Positions 20,518 to 31,737 of a stretch of DNA of 32,000 nt are shown in pieces. How positions within the stretch are numbered: position 1 is the stretch's first letter; every line of letters begins with the position of its first letter. The DNA lies in NCBI RefSeq assembly GCF_000008305.1, contig NC_006055.1, positions 240,001 through 272,000 on the forward strand. The letters run 5' to 3'. The notes under the pieces are model-generated. The model was given only the letters and a program-made list of their open reading frames with translations, did no database searches and was not told where the DNA came from. The DNA is from Mesoplasma florum L1 (GTDB lineage Bacteria > Bacillota_I > Bacilli_A > Mycoplasmatales > Mycoplasmataceae). The position numbers and the translations under genes are program-made.

Positions 20518-22665
20518 ATGTTTCTAAATAAAAAAAGCGAAGATAACGGATTTAAACCAAAAACATTTAAACCAAAACAAAATTTTAATGCTAAATTTTT
20601 TAAATCATTAATTTATACATTAACTTTCACAGTTCTTGCTATATTATTTATTTTGGTTTTATTTGTTATTTTGAAATCACTTCATGTTTTTGAAGAACAA
20701 GGATTTTGAAGTTTCATAACAGGAACTAATTGAAAGCCTGGTAAAGATGGTGAAGGCCAATATGGAATTGGTTTAATCATTATAATGACAATAGTTCTTT
20801 TAACTATTTCAATGTTATTTGCTATTCCATTAACAATATTTACAACTCTATTTATTTCTGAATACTTATCTGTTGGTATGCAAAAAAAAGTTCTTACTGT
20901 TATTAAATTATTAGCCAGTGTTCCATCCGTTGTATTTGGTCTTTTTGCAAGAGATCAAATTGGTGCATTATTTCAATTAATGGGAGCGCCAAACAATGAT
21001 AACTTAATGGTCGCTTCTATGACTATGACATTCATGGCTGCTCCAACAATGATTAGTTTAAGTTACAATGCAGTTCAATCAGTACCAGAAGGGTATAGAC
21101 TTGGAAGTTTAGGACTTGGTATTTCAAAAGAACAAACAACATTTAAAATTATTAGAAAATCAGCTTCAGCTAAAATTATCTCAGCGATAATATTAGGTAT
21201 GGCAAGAGTTATTGGTGAAACTATGGCTATTATGATGATAGCTGGTAACTCAACTGGTGGATTTATAACTAATAGCGGAATAAGTGGATTCTTATTCTCA
21301 TCAATCAGAACATTAGCAGCTACTATTGGTCTTGAAATGACTGAAAATAGTGGTTCAACACATCAATCAGCTTTATATGCAATTGGTTTAATTTTATTCT
21401 TATTAGTTTTCATTATAAATATTGTAATTTTATTCATGTCTAATGTTGATAATATTAAATACTCAAGAAGAATAAAAAGAGAAGAAAAATTGAATAGTAA
21501 TTCTTCTAGAAAAATTAAAACACCAAAATATGTTTATGATAAAAAAATGTTAGGTATGATGGTTCATAATAGAACAGAAAATAAATTTTTCAAAAAAACA
21601 TATTCAGCTGTTATGTTATTTTTAATGTGAATATCAACAGCTATAATTATTTCTTTCACTTTTTGAATTTTAGGTGATGTTATTATTAAAGGTTTAATGG
21701 GGTTATCAGATCCAATAGCATTTATTCATATGGATACAGAAAATAGAACTGGTGGAGGAATCTTTGCTGCGTTATTCACAACTATTTTATTGGTTGTGTG
21801 TACTCTAATTTTTGCAATTCCATTCGCTTTAGGTGCTGCAATTTATTTAAATGAGTATGCAAGACAAAGTTCTGTTTTAACAAAATCATTTAGATTTGCA
21901 ATTAACTTATTGGCGTCAACACCATCTATTGTTTTTGGTATATTTGGTTTATCAATATTTATTGTTTTATTAGGATTACCTTTTAGTATATTGGCTGCAG
22001 GTTTGACTATGACTGTTGTTGTACTTCCAATGTTAATATCAAATTTTGAAGATGCATTACAACAAGTTCCTCATCAATATCGTGAAGCTGGTTCAGCTTT
22101 AGGTTTAACAAAGATTCAAACTTTATTTAAAATAATATTACCTAATGCAATGGAAGGTATTATTACTGGAATTATTTTAGCGATGGCTAAAATAATAGGA
22201 GAGTCAGCACCAATTTACTTAACACTTGGAACAGATATCCAAATGCCTACACAAGGTTTCTTATCACAAGGAACAACTTTAACAACAGGAATTTATATGA
22301 TGGTTGCTGAAGGAATTCCTGGACATGGTCAAGGAACAATATACTTAATGGCATTAATTACAATTATTTTAATTATTGGATTAAACTTTACATCTGGAAG
22401 ATTATCTTCATTGCTTGTACAAAAATCAAAAGATTTAAAAGCTAAATCAAAAATTAAACGAAAAGAATTTAATGTCAAAACAAAAGCTAAAATTAAAAAA
22501 ATGAAACCTTCACTCAAATTTAAATGAATGAAATTACAAAGTAAATTCAGAAAAGGTGAAATTAAAATAACATTCTTTAAAGAAATGGCATCAAAAAATA
22601 AATTGTGAGTTAAACGAAGAAAAGAATATAGAAAATTGAAAAAAGGAGTTATAGATCATGAGTAA
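20518..22665 (+). CDS. Fused phosphate ABC transporter permease (PstC-PstA)
   Basis: Fragments 20518, 20785 and 21697 lie in one frame separated only by TGA=Trp. Two permease domains, each with an EAA-type loop ([29 protein letters not shown] and [29 protein letters not shown]). Confidence 0.93.
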
Positions 22666-23518
22666 TACACTTAAAAAAGATGAAACTTTTAAAGGTTTAG
22701 ATTTAAATAAAAACCAAAAAGAAGAAAAACCTGCAAAACTTCCTGCTTTATCAAAAAGAGCAGATGTTATCAAAGTATCAGATTTTAACTTCTTTTATAA
22801 AGGCAAAAAACAAGCGTTATTTAATATAAATATGGAAATTAAAGAAAATTCAATCACTACTTTCATTGGGCCTTCTGGTTGTGGTAAATCAACTTTATTA
22901 AGATCAATTAATAGAATGAATGATTTGATAAGTGGTTCTAGTGTTGAAGGTTCAATTGAAGTATTTAATGAAGAAATTTACAAACAAGGAACAGATGTTT
23001 CAAAATTGAGAACTGAAGTTGGAATGGTATTTCAAAAAGCTAACCCATTTCCTTTATCAATTTATGAAAATGTTGTTTATGGGCCAAAAACTCAAGGAGT
23101 TAAAAGCAAAAAAATATTAGATCAAATTTGTGAAGATTCTTTAAGAAAAGCAGCTCTTTGAGAAGAAGTTAAAGACAAACTTGAAACACCAGCTCTTGGT
23201 CTTTCAGGTGGACAACAACAAAGATTATGTATAGCTAGAGCAATTGCAATGCACCCAAAAATATTACTAATGGATGAACCAACTTCTGCACTAGATCCTA
23301 TTGCTACTTTAAAAGTTGAAGAGTTAGTATTAGAACTTAAAAAAGAATATACTATTGTAATGGTTACTCACTCATTACAACAAGCAACAAGAATTAGTGA
23401 TATGACCGCATATTTCTTAAAAGGTGAATTAATAGAGTATAATACAACTAAGAAAATATTTATAAATCCAAAAGACTCAAGAACAGAAGATTATATTTCA
23501 GGAAGGTATGGTGATTAG
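22658..23518 (+). CDS. pstB: Phosphate ABC transporter ATP-binding protein
   Basis: Walker [70 protein letters not shown]; starts inside the end of the permease gene (8-nt overlap). Confidence 0.97.
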
Positions 23519-23521
23519 GAT

Positions 23522-24208
23522 ATGTCAATTAACAAAATTTTAGATAATGATATTCTACAATTAAGAAACATGCTTGAAGACATGATTAAAGAAACTAAAA
23601 TTCAGTTTGCTGAAACATTTGAAGTTATTACTAAGAATAATGTTGAGGGTGCGGCTTTAATTGTTGAGCATGACAAAATAATTAATGATAAACTGAATGA
23701 ATTTACATCAACAGCTCTTTGAAAAATAGCTAAACAGCAATTGGTTGCTCGTGATTTAAGACTTGCTGTTGGAGGTATATTACTTGCCAGAGAAATTGAA
23801 ATTATTGCTGACTATTCTAAAAAACTATGTATATTCTTTTCTAAATTCAAACCAACAAAAAAATATACAACATCAATTGTTAACCTTTTCCAACTTGTAA
23901 TAGATATGTTAGATAGTTTTTCAGAATTATTTTCAAACTTTGACAATAATTTAGTTGTTAAAGTAATGGAACTTGAAGCTCAAATTAATAAAGAATTTGA
24001 AGAACTGTATTCATATTTAGTAAAAGCACTTAAAAAAGCTGAAAATAATGAAGAGCTTTTAGAAATTTCTGAAGCAATGAAGCAAGCTAAAAATTTAGAA
24101 AGAGCTGGAGATCATTTATTAACAGTTCAAGAAATTGTTTCATTCATAAGAACAGGAAGATTCGAAGAAACTTCAGAAATTTATGATAATTTAAAAACAT
24201 TAATGTAA
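23522..24208 (+). CDS. phoU: Phosphate transport system regulator PhoU
   Basis: MSINKILDNDILQLRNMLEDMI ... ARDLRLAVGGILLAREIEIIADYSKKL ... EAMKQAKNLERAGDHLLTVQEIV; last gene of the pst operon. Confidence 0.93.
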
Positions 24209-24214
24209 TAAATT

Positions 24215-24240
24215 AAATTCTGTATATTCAGAATTTTTTT
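24215..24240 (+). terminator. Rho-independent terminator after phoU
   Basis: AAATTCTG / CAGAATTT stem with TATATT loop and T-run. Confidence 0.75.
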
Positions 24241-24287
24241 ATTTATGATAATTTGATAAAATAATAAATAGTAGACAGAGGTATATC

Positions 24288-25391
24288 ATGGGTTTTTGAA
24301 ATAAATTAAAAGATAAAATATCTGGTAATCAAACAGAAAAAAAAGTTAATGAAGAAAAAGTTATTAAATCTGAAACTGTTATCGAAAATAAACAACCAAC
24401 AGAAAAAGAAATAGCTAAAAAGCAAAAACAAAAAGCTAAAAAAGAAAAAGCAGAAAAAGCGATTGCCAAATCAGCTTTAGATTTCTCAAAAGATATTAAA
24501 AAACTTTCTAAAAAATACAAAAAAATGGATGATGACTTTTTTGATGAACTTGAAGAAGTATTAATTAAAACAGACATGGGAATGAAAATGGTTTTAAAAA
24601 TTTCAAATAATATAAGAAGAAAAGTTAAGAATACATCTGAAGCGAATGAATTTAGAGAAATATTAGCAGAAGAAATTTATGATATTTATACTGATGGTTC
24701 TAAAAAGGTTGAAGAGCTAAATTTTGAAGATGGAAGATTAAATGTCTTTATGGTTATTGGTGTAAACGGAACTGGTAAAACAACTTCATTGTCAAAGATA
24801 GCTAATTACTATGCAGAACAAAACAAGAAAGTTCTTATTGCAGCAGCAGATACATTTAGAGCTGGTGCTATTGAACAATTAGAAGAATGAGTTGATAAAA
24901 GACTTGATAATAAAGTTGATCTAGTAAAGGGTAAAAAGCAAAATCAAGATCCAGCTAGTGTTGTATTTGATGCGCTTGAAAAAGCAAAAGCAGAAAATTA
25001 TGACTTATTATTAATAGATACTGCTGGTAGACTGCAAAACAAAATAAACTTAATGAAAGAGTTAGAAAAAATGTATCAAATTGTTCATAAGTTTGATAAA
25101 AAAGCTCCTCATGAACTATTATTAGTAATTGATGCAACAACTGGGCAAAATGGTGTTATGCAGGCTCAAGAATTTAATGAAGTTGCAGATGTAACTGGAA
25201 TTGTTTTAACAAAAATGGATGGAACAAGTAAAGGTGGTATTGCCTTATCAATTAAAGACCAATTAAACATACCAGTAAAATTAGTTGGTGTTGGAGAGCA
25301 AGTTGATGATATTGAGAAATTTGATGTTGATCAATATGTTTATAGTTTAGTCGTTGGATTTATGGAAGATAAGGAAGAAGACGATGAGTAA
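24288..25391 (+). CDS. ftsY: Signal recognition particle receptor FtsY
   Basis: Lys/Glu-rich A-like N-terminus, then DDDFFDELEEVLIKTDMG, GVNGTGKTTSLSKIANYY, DTFRAGAIEQL, LLIDTAGR, DATTGQNG, LTKMDGTSKGG; three fragments joined at TGA=Trp. Confidence 0.97.
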
Positions 25392-25710
25392 AATAACTTT
25401 AGAAAAAACTTTAGAATTATCTTCTTTATTTTATTTATACAAGAATATGTTGACTGAAAAACAGATTGAATATTTTGAACTTTATTTTGAAGAAGATTTG
25501 AGTTTTCAAGAAATTGCAGATCAATTAGGAATATCAAAAGCAGCAGCTCATGATGCAATTAACAAAATTATTAAGTCTTTAAATGATTTAGAAGATAAAT
25601 TGCAATTAAATCACAAAAAAATATCAATTAATGAATTGCTAGAAAAAAATAAAAATTCAAAAAACGAAGAAGTTTTAAATTTAATTAAAAAAATAGAAGA
25701 GGTCATTTAA
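25384..25710 (+). CDS. ylxM: YlxM-family putative DNA-binding protein (SRP-associated)
   Basis: MSKITLEKTLELSSLFYLYKNMLTEKQIEYFELYFEEDLSFQEIADQLGISKAAAHDAINKI; starts 8 nt inside the ftsY end. Confidence 0.88.
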   Translation: MSKITLEKTLELSSLFYLYKNMLTEKQIEYFELYFEEDLSFQEIADQLGISKAAAHDAINKIIKSLNDLEDKLQLNHKKISINELLEKNKNSKNEEVLNLIKKIEEVI

Positions 25711-26474
25711 TGAAAGTACTAATGATAGGAGATGTCTTTGCCAAACCAGGAAGAGACGTTTTTAAACAAAACATTGAAAAATTAATAAATGACAATCAAG
25801 TAGACTTTGTTGTTGTTAATGGTGAAAACACAACTCATGGTAAATCAATTTCAAAAGAACACTACAACTTTTATAAAGAGAATCATGTTGACGTTATAAC
25901 AAGTGGAAATCATATTTTTAAAAATCCAGAAGTTTTAGATTACATTCAAAATACTCCTGATCTTTTAAAACCAATGAACATGTATAAGACACCTGGAAGT
26001 GGTTATGTAGTTATTGAAAAGAATAATAAAAAAATTTGTGTTCTGAATTTAATGGGAAATAATTTTATGGATCCTTCAAACAGTGTTTATGAAACTATGG
26101 AAGATTTTTTAGGTTTAAAAATAGCCTATGATATATTACTTGTTGATTTTCATGCTGAAACAACAGCTGAAAAAATAGCTTTTGCTTTAAATTATGATGG
26201 TATCATAACAGGATTTGTTGGGACACATACACACGTCCAAACAGCAGACGAAAGAATACTTCCAAAAGGTACAGCATTTATTACAGACTTAGGCATGAGT
26301 GGGGTTATTGATTCTGTTATTGGTATAGAAGCAAGTGATGCTATTTATAAGCAAAAAACAGGTTTAGTTAAACGTTTTCAACCTGCTAAAGGTAAAGCAA
26401 AACTTAATGGAGTAATCATTGAAATTGATGAAAAATCTAACAAAGCTACAAACATCAAAAGAATAAGTATTTAA
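25710..26474 (+). CDS. ymdB: YmdB-family metallophosphoesterase
   Basis: MKVLMIGDVFAKPGRDVF, VVVNGENTTHGKSI, DVITSGNHIF, DFHAETTAEK, GFVGTHTHVQTADERILPKGTAFITDLGMSG; TAATG overlap with ylxM. Confidence 0.93.
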   Translation: MKVLMIGDVFAKPGRDVFKQNIEKLINDNQVDFVVVNGENTTHGKSISKEHYNFYKENHVDVITSGNHIFKNPEVLDYIQNTPDLLKPMNMYKTPGSGYVVIEKNNKKICVLNLMGNNFMDPSNSVYETMEDFLGLKIAYDILLVDFHAETTAEKIAFALNYDGIITGFVGTHTHVQTADERILPKGTAFITDLGMSGVIDSVIGIEASDAIYKQKTGLVKRFQPAKGKAKLNGVIIEIDEKSNKATNIKRISI

Positions 26475-26497
26475 AAGCAAATTATTTGCTTTTTTTG
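26473..26497 (+). terminator. Rho-independent terminator after ymdB
   Basis: AAAAGCAAA / TTTGCTTTT stem and T-run. Confidence 0.65.
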
Positions 26498-26560
26498 TTT
26501 CAGATTTTTAAACCGATTTAGTATAATTTATATTGATATCGCAGAAGGGAAAATGGAAAA

Positions 26561-27694
26561 ATGAGAAAATTATTTACTAGCGAAAGTGTTTCAGAAGGAC
26601 ATCCAGACAAAATATGTGATCAGATATCTGATGCGATATTGGATGAAGTTCTGAAACAAGACCCAAACGCTAAGGTAGCCTGCGAAACATTCGCTACCAC
26701 AAACTATTTATTAATCGGAGGGCAGATAACTACAACTGCTTCTGTTGATTATGAAAAAATTGCACGTGATGTATTAAGAAAAATAGGATACAACAACGAT
26801 GCATATGGTATCAATGCTGACACTTGTAAGATTGATATTAGAGTTGAACAACAATCAGCTGATATTGCTTTAGGAATCGATTTAGATACTGAAGTTATTG
26901 GAGCTGGTGATCAAGGAATTATGTTTGGATATGCAACAAACGAATCTAAAACATTCTTGCCTTTAGCTATTACTATTTCACATGAATTAGTTTATTTAGC
27001 ATCAAAGTTAAGAAAAGAAGGAAAATTTAAATGAGCAAGACCAGACATGAAATCTCAAGTAACAATTGATTATACAGATGAATCAAATCCTAAAATTGAT
27101 ACAATCTTAATGTCAATTCAACATGATGATGAAATGATTGAAGAAGAATTTAAAAAATTCATAAAATCTGAAATAATGGATGTTGTTGCAAAAGAATTTG
27201 AATTGAATACTGATTTTAATGTTTTAATCAATCCAACAGGAAGATTTGTTATTGGTGGACCACAAGGTGATACTGGATTAACAGGTAGAAAAATTATTGT
27301 TGATACTTATGGTGGATATTCACGTCACGGTGGTGGAGCCTTTTCAGGTAAAGACGCAACAAAAGTTGATAGAAGTGCTGCCTATATGGCTAGATATGCT
27401 GCTAAAAATTTAGTTGCATCAGGATTAGCTGATAAAATTGAAATTCAAGTTTCATATGCAATTGGTAAACCAGAACCAGTTTCAATTTTTATTGAAACAT
27501 TTGGAACAGAAAAAGTTAGCAAAGAAGTTATAGCAAAAGCATTAAATGAAAATTTTGATTTTTCAGTAAACGAAATTATTAAAAAATTAGATTTAAGAAA
27601 ACCAACATTCTTAAAAACTGCAACTTATGGACACTTTGGAAAAGATGAATTCACATGAGAACAATTGGATAAAGTTAAGACAATTAAAAAATAA
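26561..27694 (+). CDS. metK: S-adenosylmethionine synthetase
   Basis: LFTSESVSEGHPDKICDQISDAILDEVL, GAGDQGIMFGYATNE, NPTGRFVIGGPQGDTGLTGRKIIVDTYGG, GGGAFSGKDATKVDRSAAY; TGA=Trp joins, TAA 27692-27694. Confidence 0.97.
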
Positions 27695-27698
27695 AAAC

Positions 27699-27725
27699 AA
27701 ATCACTTTTTAAAAGTGATTTTTTT
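27699..27725 (+). terminator. Rho-independent terminator after metK
   Basis: AAATCACTTTT / AAAAGTGATTT inverted repeat with T-run. Confidence 0.7.
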
Positions 27726-27760
27726 GTTATAAAATAATAACTAATAAAAGGAGAGATTAT

Positions 27761-29659
27761 ATGACAAAAATTAGACCACAAGATAATTTCTATGATTCAG
27801 TAAATAAAGAATGAATAGATAATAATGAATTACCAGATGGATATGCATCATGAGGAAGTTTTGAAATGCTTCAAAAAAAATCAACAGACGATATTAAAGC
27901 AATTATTAACGAACTTGTTAATGCAACTAAATTAGACAGAGATAGCAAAATGATAGCTAACCTTAGATCAAATTATTTAAATGATAAAGCAAGAAATAAA
28001 CAAGGCATAAAACCTATTCAACCAATTTTAAATAAAATAAGTGCCTTAACTGATAAAAAAGAACTGACAAGTTTATTTGTTGATTTATTCCAAGAGTGAG
28101 GGATTTCTTTCTTCCACTCAAAAGGCGTAGATTCAGATTTTAAAGATAGCAATTTAAGAGCTTTAATGATTGATTCAATGGGTTTAGGAATGTCAGATAG
28201 AGATTTCTATGAAGAAACTCACCCAAGACATGAAGAAATTAAAAATGCTTATAAAAATTACATTGAAAACTTAGTAAAGCTTTCAGGTGTAAGATTAAAT
28301 ACAAAAGATATTTTTAATTTAATTTATAGTTTTGAGGAAAAAATATCAAAATCAATGTTTAAACAAGAAGAATTACGTGAACCTGAAAATATTTATAATG
28401 TAGTAACTATTAAAGAATTAAACGATATATGTCCGATTGTTGATTGAACAGAATATCTAAATAAAACTGGTTATGACAAAGCATCAAAAATTATTTTAAC
28501 TGAACCTAAATATTTTGAAAAACTAAATCAAATGATTGAAGAAATAAGTTTAGATGATTTAAAAGATATTATGTCATATAAAGTTACTAGTTCTTACTCA
28601 AGAATGTTAACAATTGATTTATATGAAAATAGCTTCAAGTATGGATCAGTATTTAGCGGTGTTAAAAAAATGAAACCAATTGAAGATAGAGTAGTTGAAT
28701 TTGTTGATGGTACTCTTGGAGAATTAATTTCAAAAGAATATGTAAAACGTCATTTTTCTGAAGATGCTAAAAAAGATGTTTTAAAAATGGTTAATGATCT
28801 ATTGAAAGTATATGAAAATAGAATTAATACATTAGATTGAATGTCAGATGAAACAAAAACAAAAGCTATTGAAAAATTAAATTCATTCACTATTAAAATT
28901 GGTTATCCTGACAAATGAGAAGATTTAAGTGATGTTGAAATCCTTAGTTATGAAGAAGGCGGAAGTTTATTCGATAATATGCAAAGTTTAGCTAAACATT
29001 ATATTAAAAAAGAGCTAAAAGAAATTAATTTACCTGTTGATAAAACAAAATGATATATGGATGCACAAACTGTAAATGCATATTACAATCCAACATCAAA
29101 TGAAATCTGTTTCCCTGCTGGGATTTTACAAAAACCATTTTATGATGTAAATCAATCTCATGCTGCTAACCTTGGTGGAATTGGTGCTGTTATTGGACAT
29201 GAAGTTAGTCATGGTTTTGATGATGAAGGAAGTAAATTTGATAAAGATGGAAACTTTGAAAACTGATGAACTGAAACAGACAATGAACAATACAAATTAA
29301 GAACTCAAAGAGTTGTTGATCAATATAACGAATATCAAATTAATGGTTCGAATGTTAATGGTAAATTAACACTTGGTGAAAACATTGGTGATTTAAGTGG
29401 AGTTGCTGCTGCTTTAGATATATGTAAAGCACAAAGTCCAAATGATTTAAAAGACTTCTTTACAAACTATGCTTTAGTATGAAGAAGAAAAGCAACTGAT
29501 GAACAAAAAAACACAAGACTATTAGTTGATCCTCATTCACCTGAAGAATTCAGATGTAATGGTGTATTAGTAAACATAAATGAATTCCATGAAGTTTATG
29601 AAACTAAACCTGGTGATGGAATGTATAAACCAGAAGAAGAAAGAACTAAAGTTTGATAA
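27761..29659 (+). CDS. pepO: M13 family zinc metallopeptidase (PepO-type oligoendopeptidase)
   Basis: GGAG RBS, ATG 27761. Ten or so TGA=Trp codons explain the fragments. [14 protein letters not shown]-terminus, [46 protein letters not shown] (HExxH), GENIGDLSG. Confidence 0.93.
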
Positions 29660-29669
29660 TAAACTATTT

Positions 29670-29695
29670 AAACCGTCTTTAAGATGGTTTTTTTC
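29670..29695 (+). terminator. Rho-independent terminator after the M13 peptidase gene
   Basis: AAACCGTCTT / AAGATGGTTT stem (one G-U) followed by T-run. Confidence 0.75.
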
Positions 29696-29738
29696 TTGTT
29701 TTAACTTATAATTTTATATAGAAGCAAGAGGTTTAATA

Positions 29739-31067
29739 ATGCAAAAAGAAGTAAATATTATTGGTGCAGGATTAGCTGGTTGCGAAGCTGCTTATTTATT
29801 AGCTAACAATGGAGTTAAAGTAAACTTATTTGAAGTTAAGTCTTTAATGAAAAACGATATTCAAAAAACTAATGATTTAGGAGAATTGGTTTGTTCTAAT
29901 ACTTTAAGAAGTAAATCGAAGAAAAATGCTGCAGGGATTTTAAAAAATGAAATGAAGTTATTAAATTCATTAGTTATAAAAGCTGCATTAGAAAATGAAA
30001 TACCAGGTGATGATGCATTGAGTGTTGATCGTTTTGGTTTTAGCAAATATATTACTGATAAAATTAAGAATCATAAAAATATAAATTTAATTGAACAAGA
30101 AGTTTCTGAAGTTGATTATACAAAAGTAACTATCATAGCCTCAGGTCCGTTGACAACAGATAAATTAGGTAAAAATATTGAATTAATGACAGGTAATGAA
30201 AAATTATTCTTTTTAGATGCTTCAGCACCTATTATTACAAAGGATAGTATCGATTTTAACAAGGTATATTGAGCAAGTAGACATAATGATGGTAAAGATG
30301 GTCAATATATATGCATACCACTTAATGAAGAGCAATTTAATGCGTTTGTTGAAGAATTAAAGAATGCTGAAACTATTAAATTAAAATCATTTGAGAAAGA
30401 AATATATTTCAAAGGATGTCAACCAATTGAGCAAATAGCAAAAACAAGTAAAAAAGTATTATTAAATGGACCACTATCGCCAAATAATTTAATTGATGAA
30501 AATGGAAATACACCTTTTGCTGTTGTTCAATTACGTCAAGATGATGCAATTGATTCACTTTATAATTTTGTAGGTTTTCAAACTAATATTAAATGACCTG
30601 AGCAAAAAAGAATTTTACAGACATTACCTGGTCTTGAAAATTTAAATATTGTTAGATTTGGAGTTATGCATAAAAATTATTATATTAATTCTCCTAAATT
30701 GCTTAATAGATCACTACAAGTCAAAAGGAATAAAAACATTTTCTTTGCAGGTCAAATAACTGGGGTTGAAGGTTATATTGAATCTGCAAGTAGTGGTATT
30801 CTTACTGCAATCAATGTCTTAGCATATTTAAACAATATAAAAATTGAACAGCCATCAAGAAAATCTATGTTAGGAGCTCTTAATTTTTATATAACTAATC
30901 CAAAGCATGATAAATTAAAACCAATGAAATGTAATTTAGGAATTTTAGATCAACAAAATAAAAATGCTAAATCAGAGTTCTATTCATTTGATGAATCAGA
31001 AAGAGAAATAAGAAGATTCATAAAGGGTATTAATAATTTTGCAAAGATAGGTGAAAACAATGAATAA
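29739..31067 (+). CDS. trmFO: Folate-dependent tRNA (uracil-5-)-methyltransferase TrmFO
   Basis: [30 protein letters not shown] (FAD-binding), [51 protein letters not shown]=Trp joins. Confidence 0.95.
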
Positions 31068-31710
31068 GAAATGAAATAGTTTATTAACAAATCAAGATCT
31101 TTCAAAAAGAATTGAAAACACAATCGAGTTGGCATATAAAACGAATGAAAAAATTTATCCCTCAAAAGAAGATTGTTTAAGATTATTTGATTTAATCTCA
31201 CCAGATGAAATCAAAGTAGTAATAATTGGTCAAGACCCGTATCATAATCCTAAACAAGCTAATGGAATAGCTTTTAGCGCAAGTAAAGATATCAAAACAC
31301 CCAAAAGTCTAATTAATATTTTTAAAGAATTAGAAAATGACTTAGGTATAAAACATTATGATAATAATGATTTAAGCAATTGGGTTAAACAAGGCGTTTT
31401 ATTAATTAATACTTGTTGAACTGTAATTGAAAATCAACCTGGAAGCCACTCAAAATTAGGTTGACAAGAAATAGTTAGTGATATATTGGTTAATCTAAAC
31501 AAACAGAATCCAAACATTGTTTATTGTTTATGAGGAAATTATGCTAAAAAGGTTTATGAAAATTTAGAACATAAAGCAAATAATGTCATTAACTCTGCTC
31601 ACCCATCACCATTTAGTTATTTGAAAGGTTTTAAAAATTCAAAACCTTTCTCAACAATAAATACAATTTTAGTTAATAATTCTTTAGAACCAATTGATTG
31701 GTCTAAATAA
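31060..31710 (+). CDS. ung: Uracil-DNA glycosylase
   Basis: [49 protein letters not shown]; overlaps the trmFO end by 8 nt. Confidence 0.96.
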
Positions 31711-31737
31711 GGTAAAATAATAAATAAGGAGTTACAT

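Noticed and set aside
26475-26560. Possible SAM riboswitch upstream of metK
   Set aside because: The interval is under 90 nt and is mostly occupied by the ymdB terminator and a TATAAT-like box; no recognisable SAM-I, SAM-II or SMK core.
552-31419. Apparent widespread pseudogenisation (most genes split into two to five ORFs)
   Set aside because: Every break within families checked is an in-frame TGA at a position encoding Trp; the genes are intact in genetic code 4. Both TGA and TGG are used for Trp (for example TGG near the ung stop).
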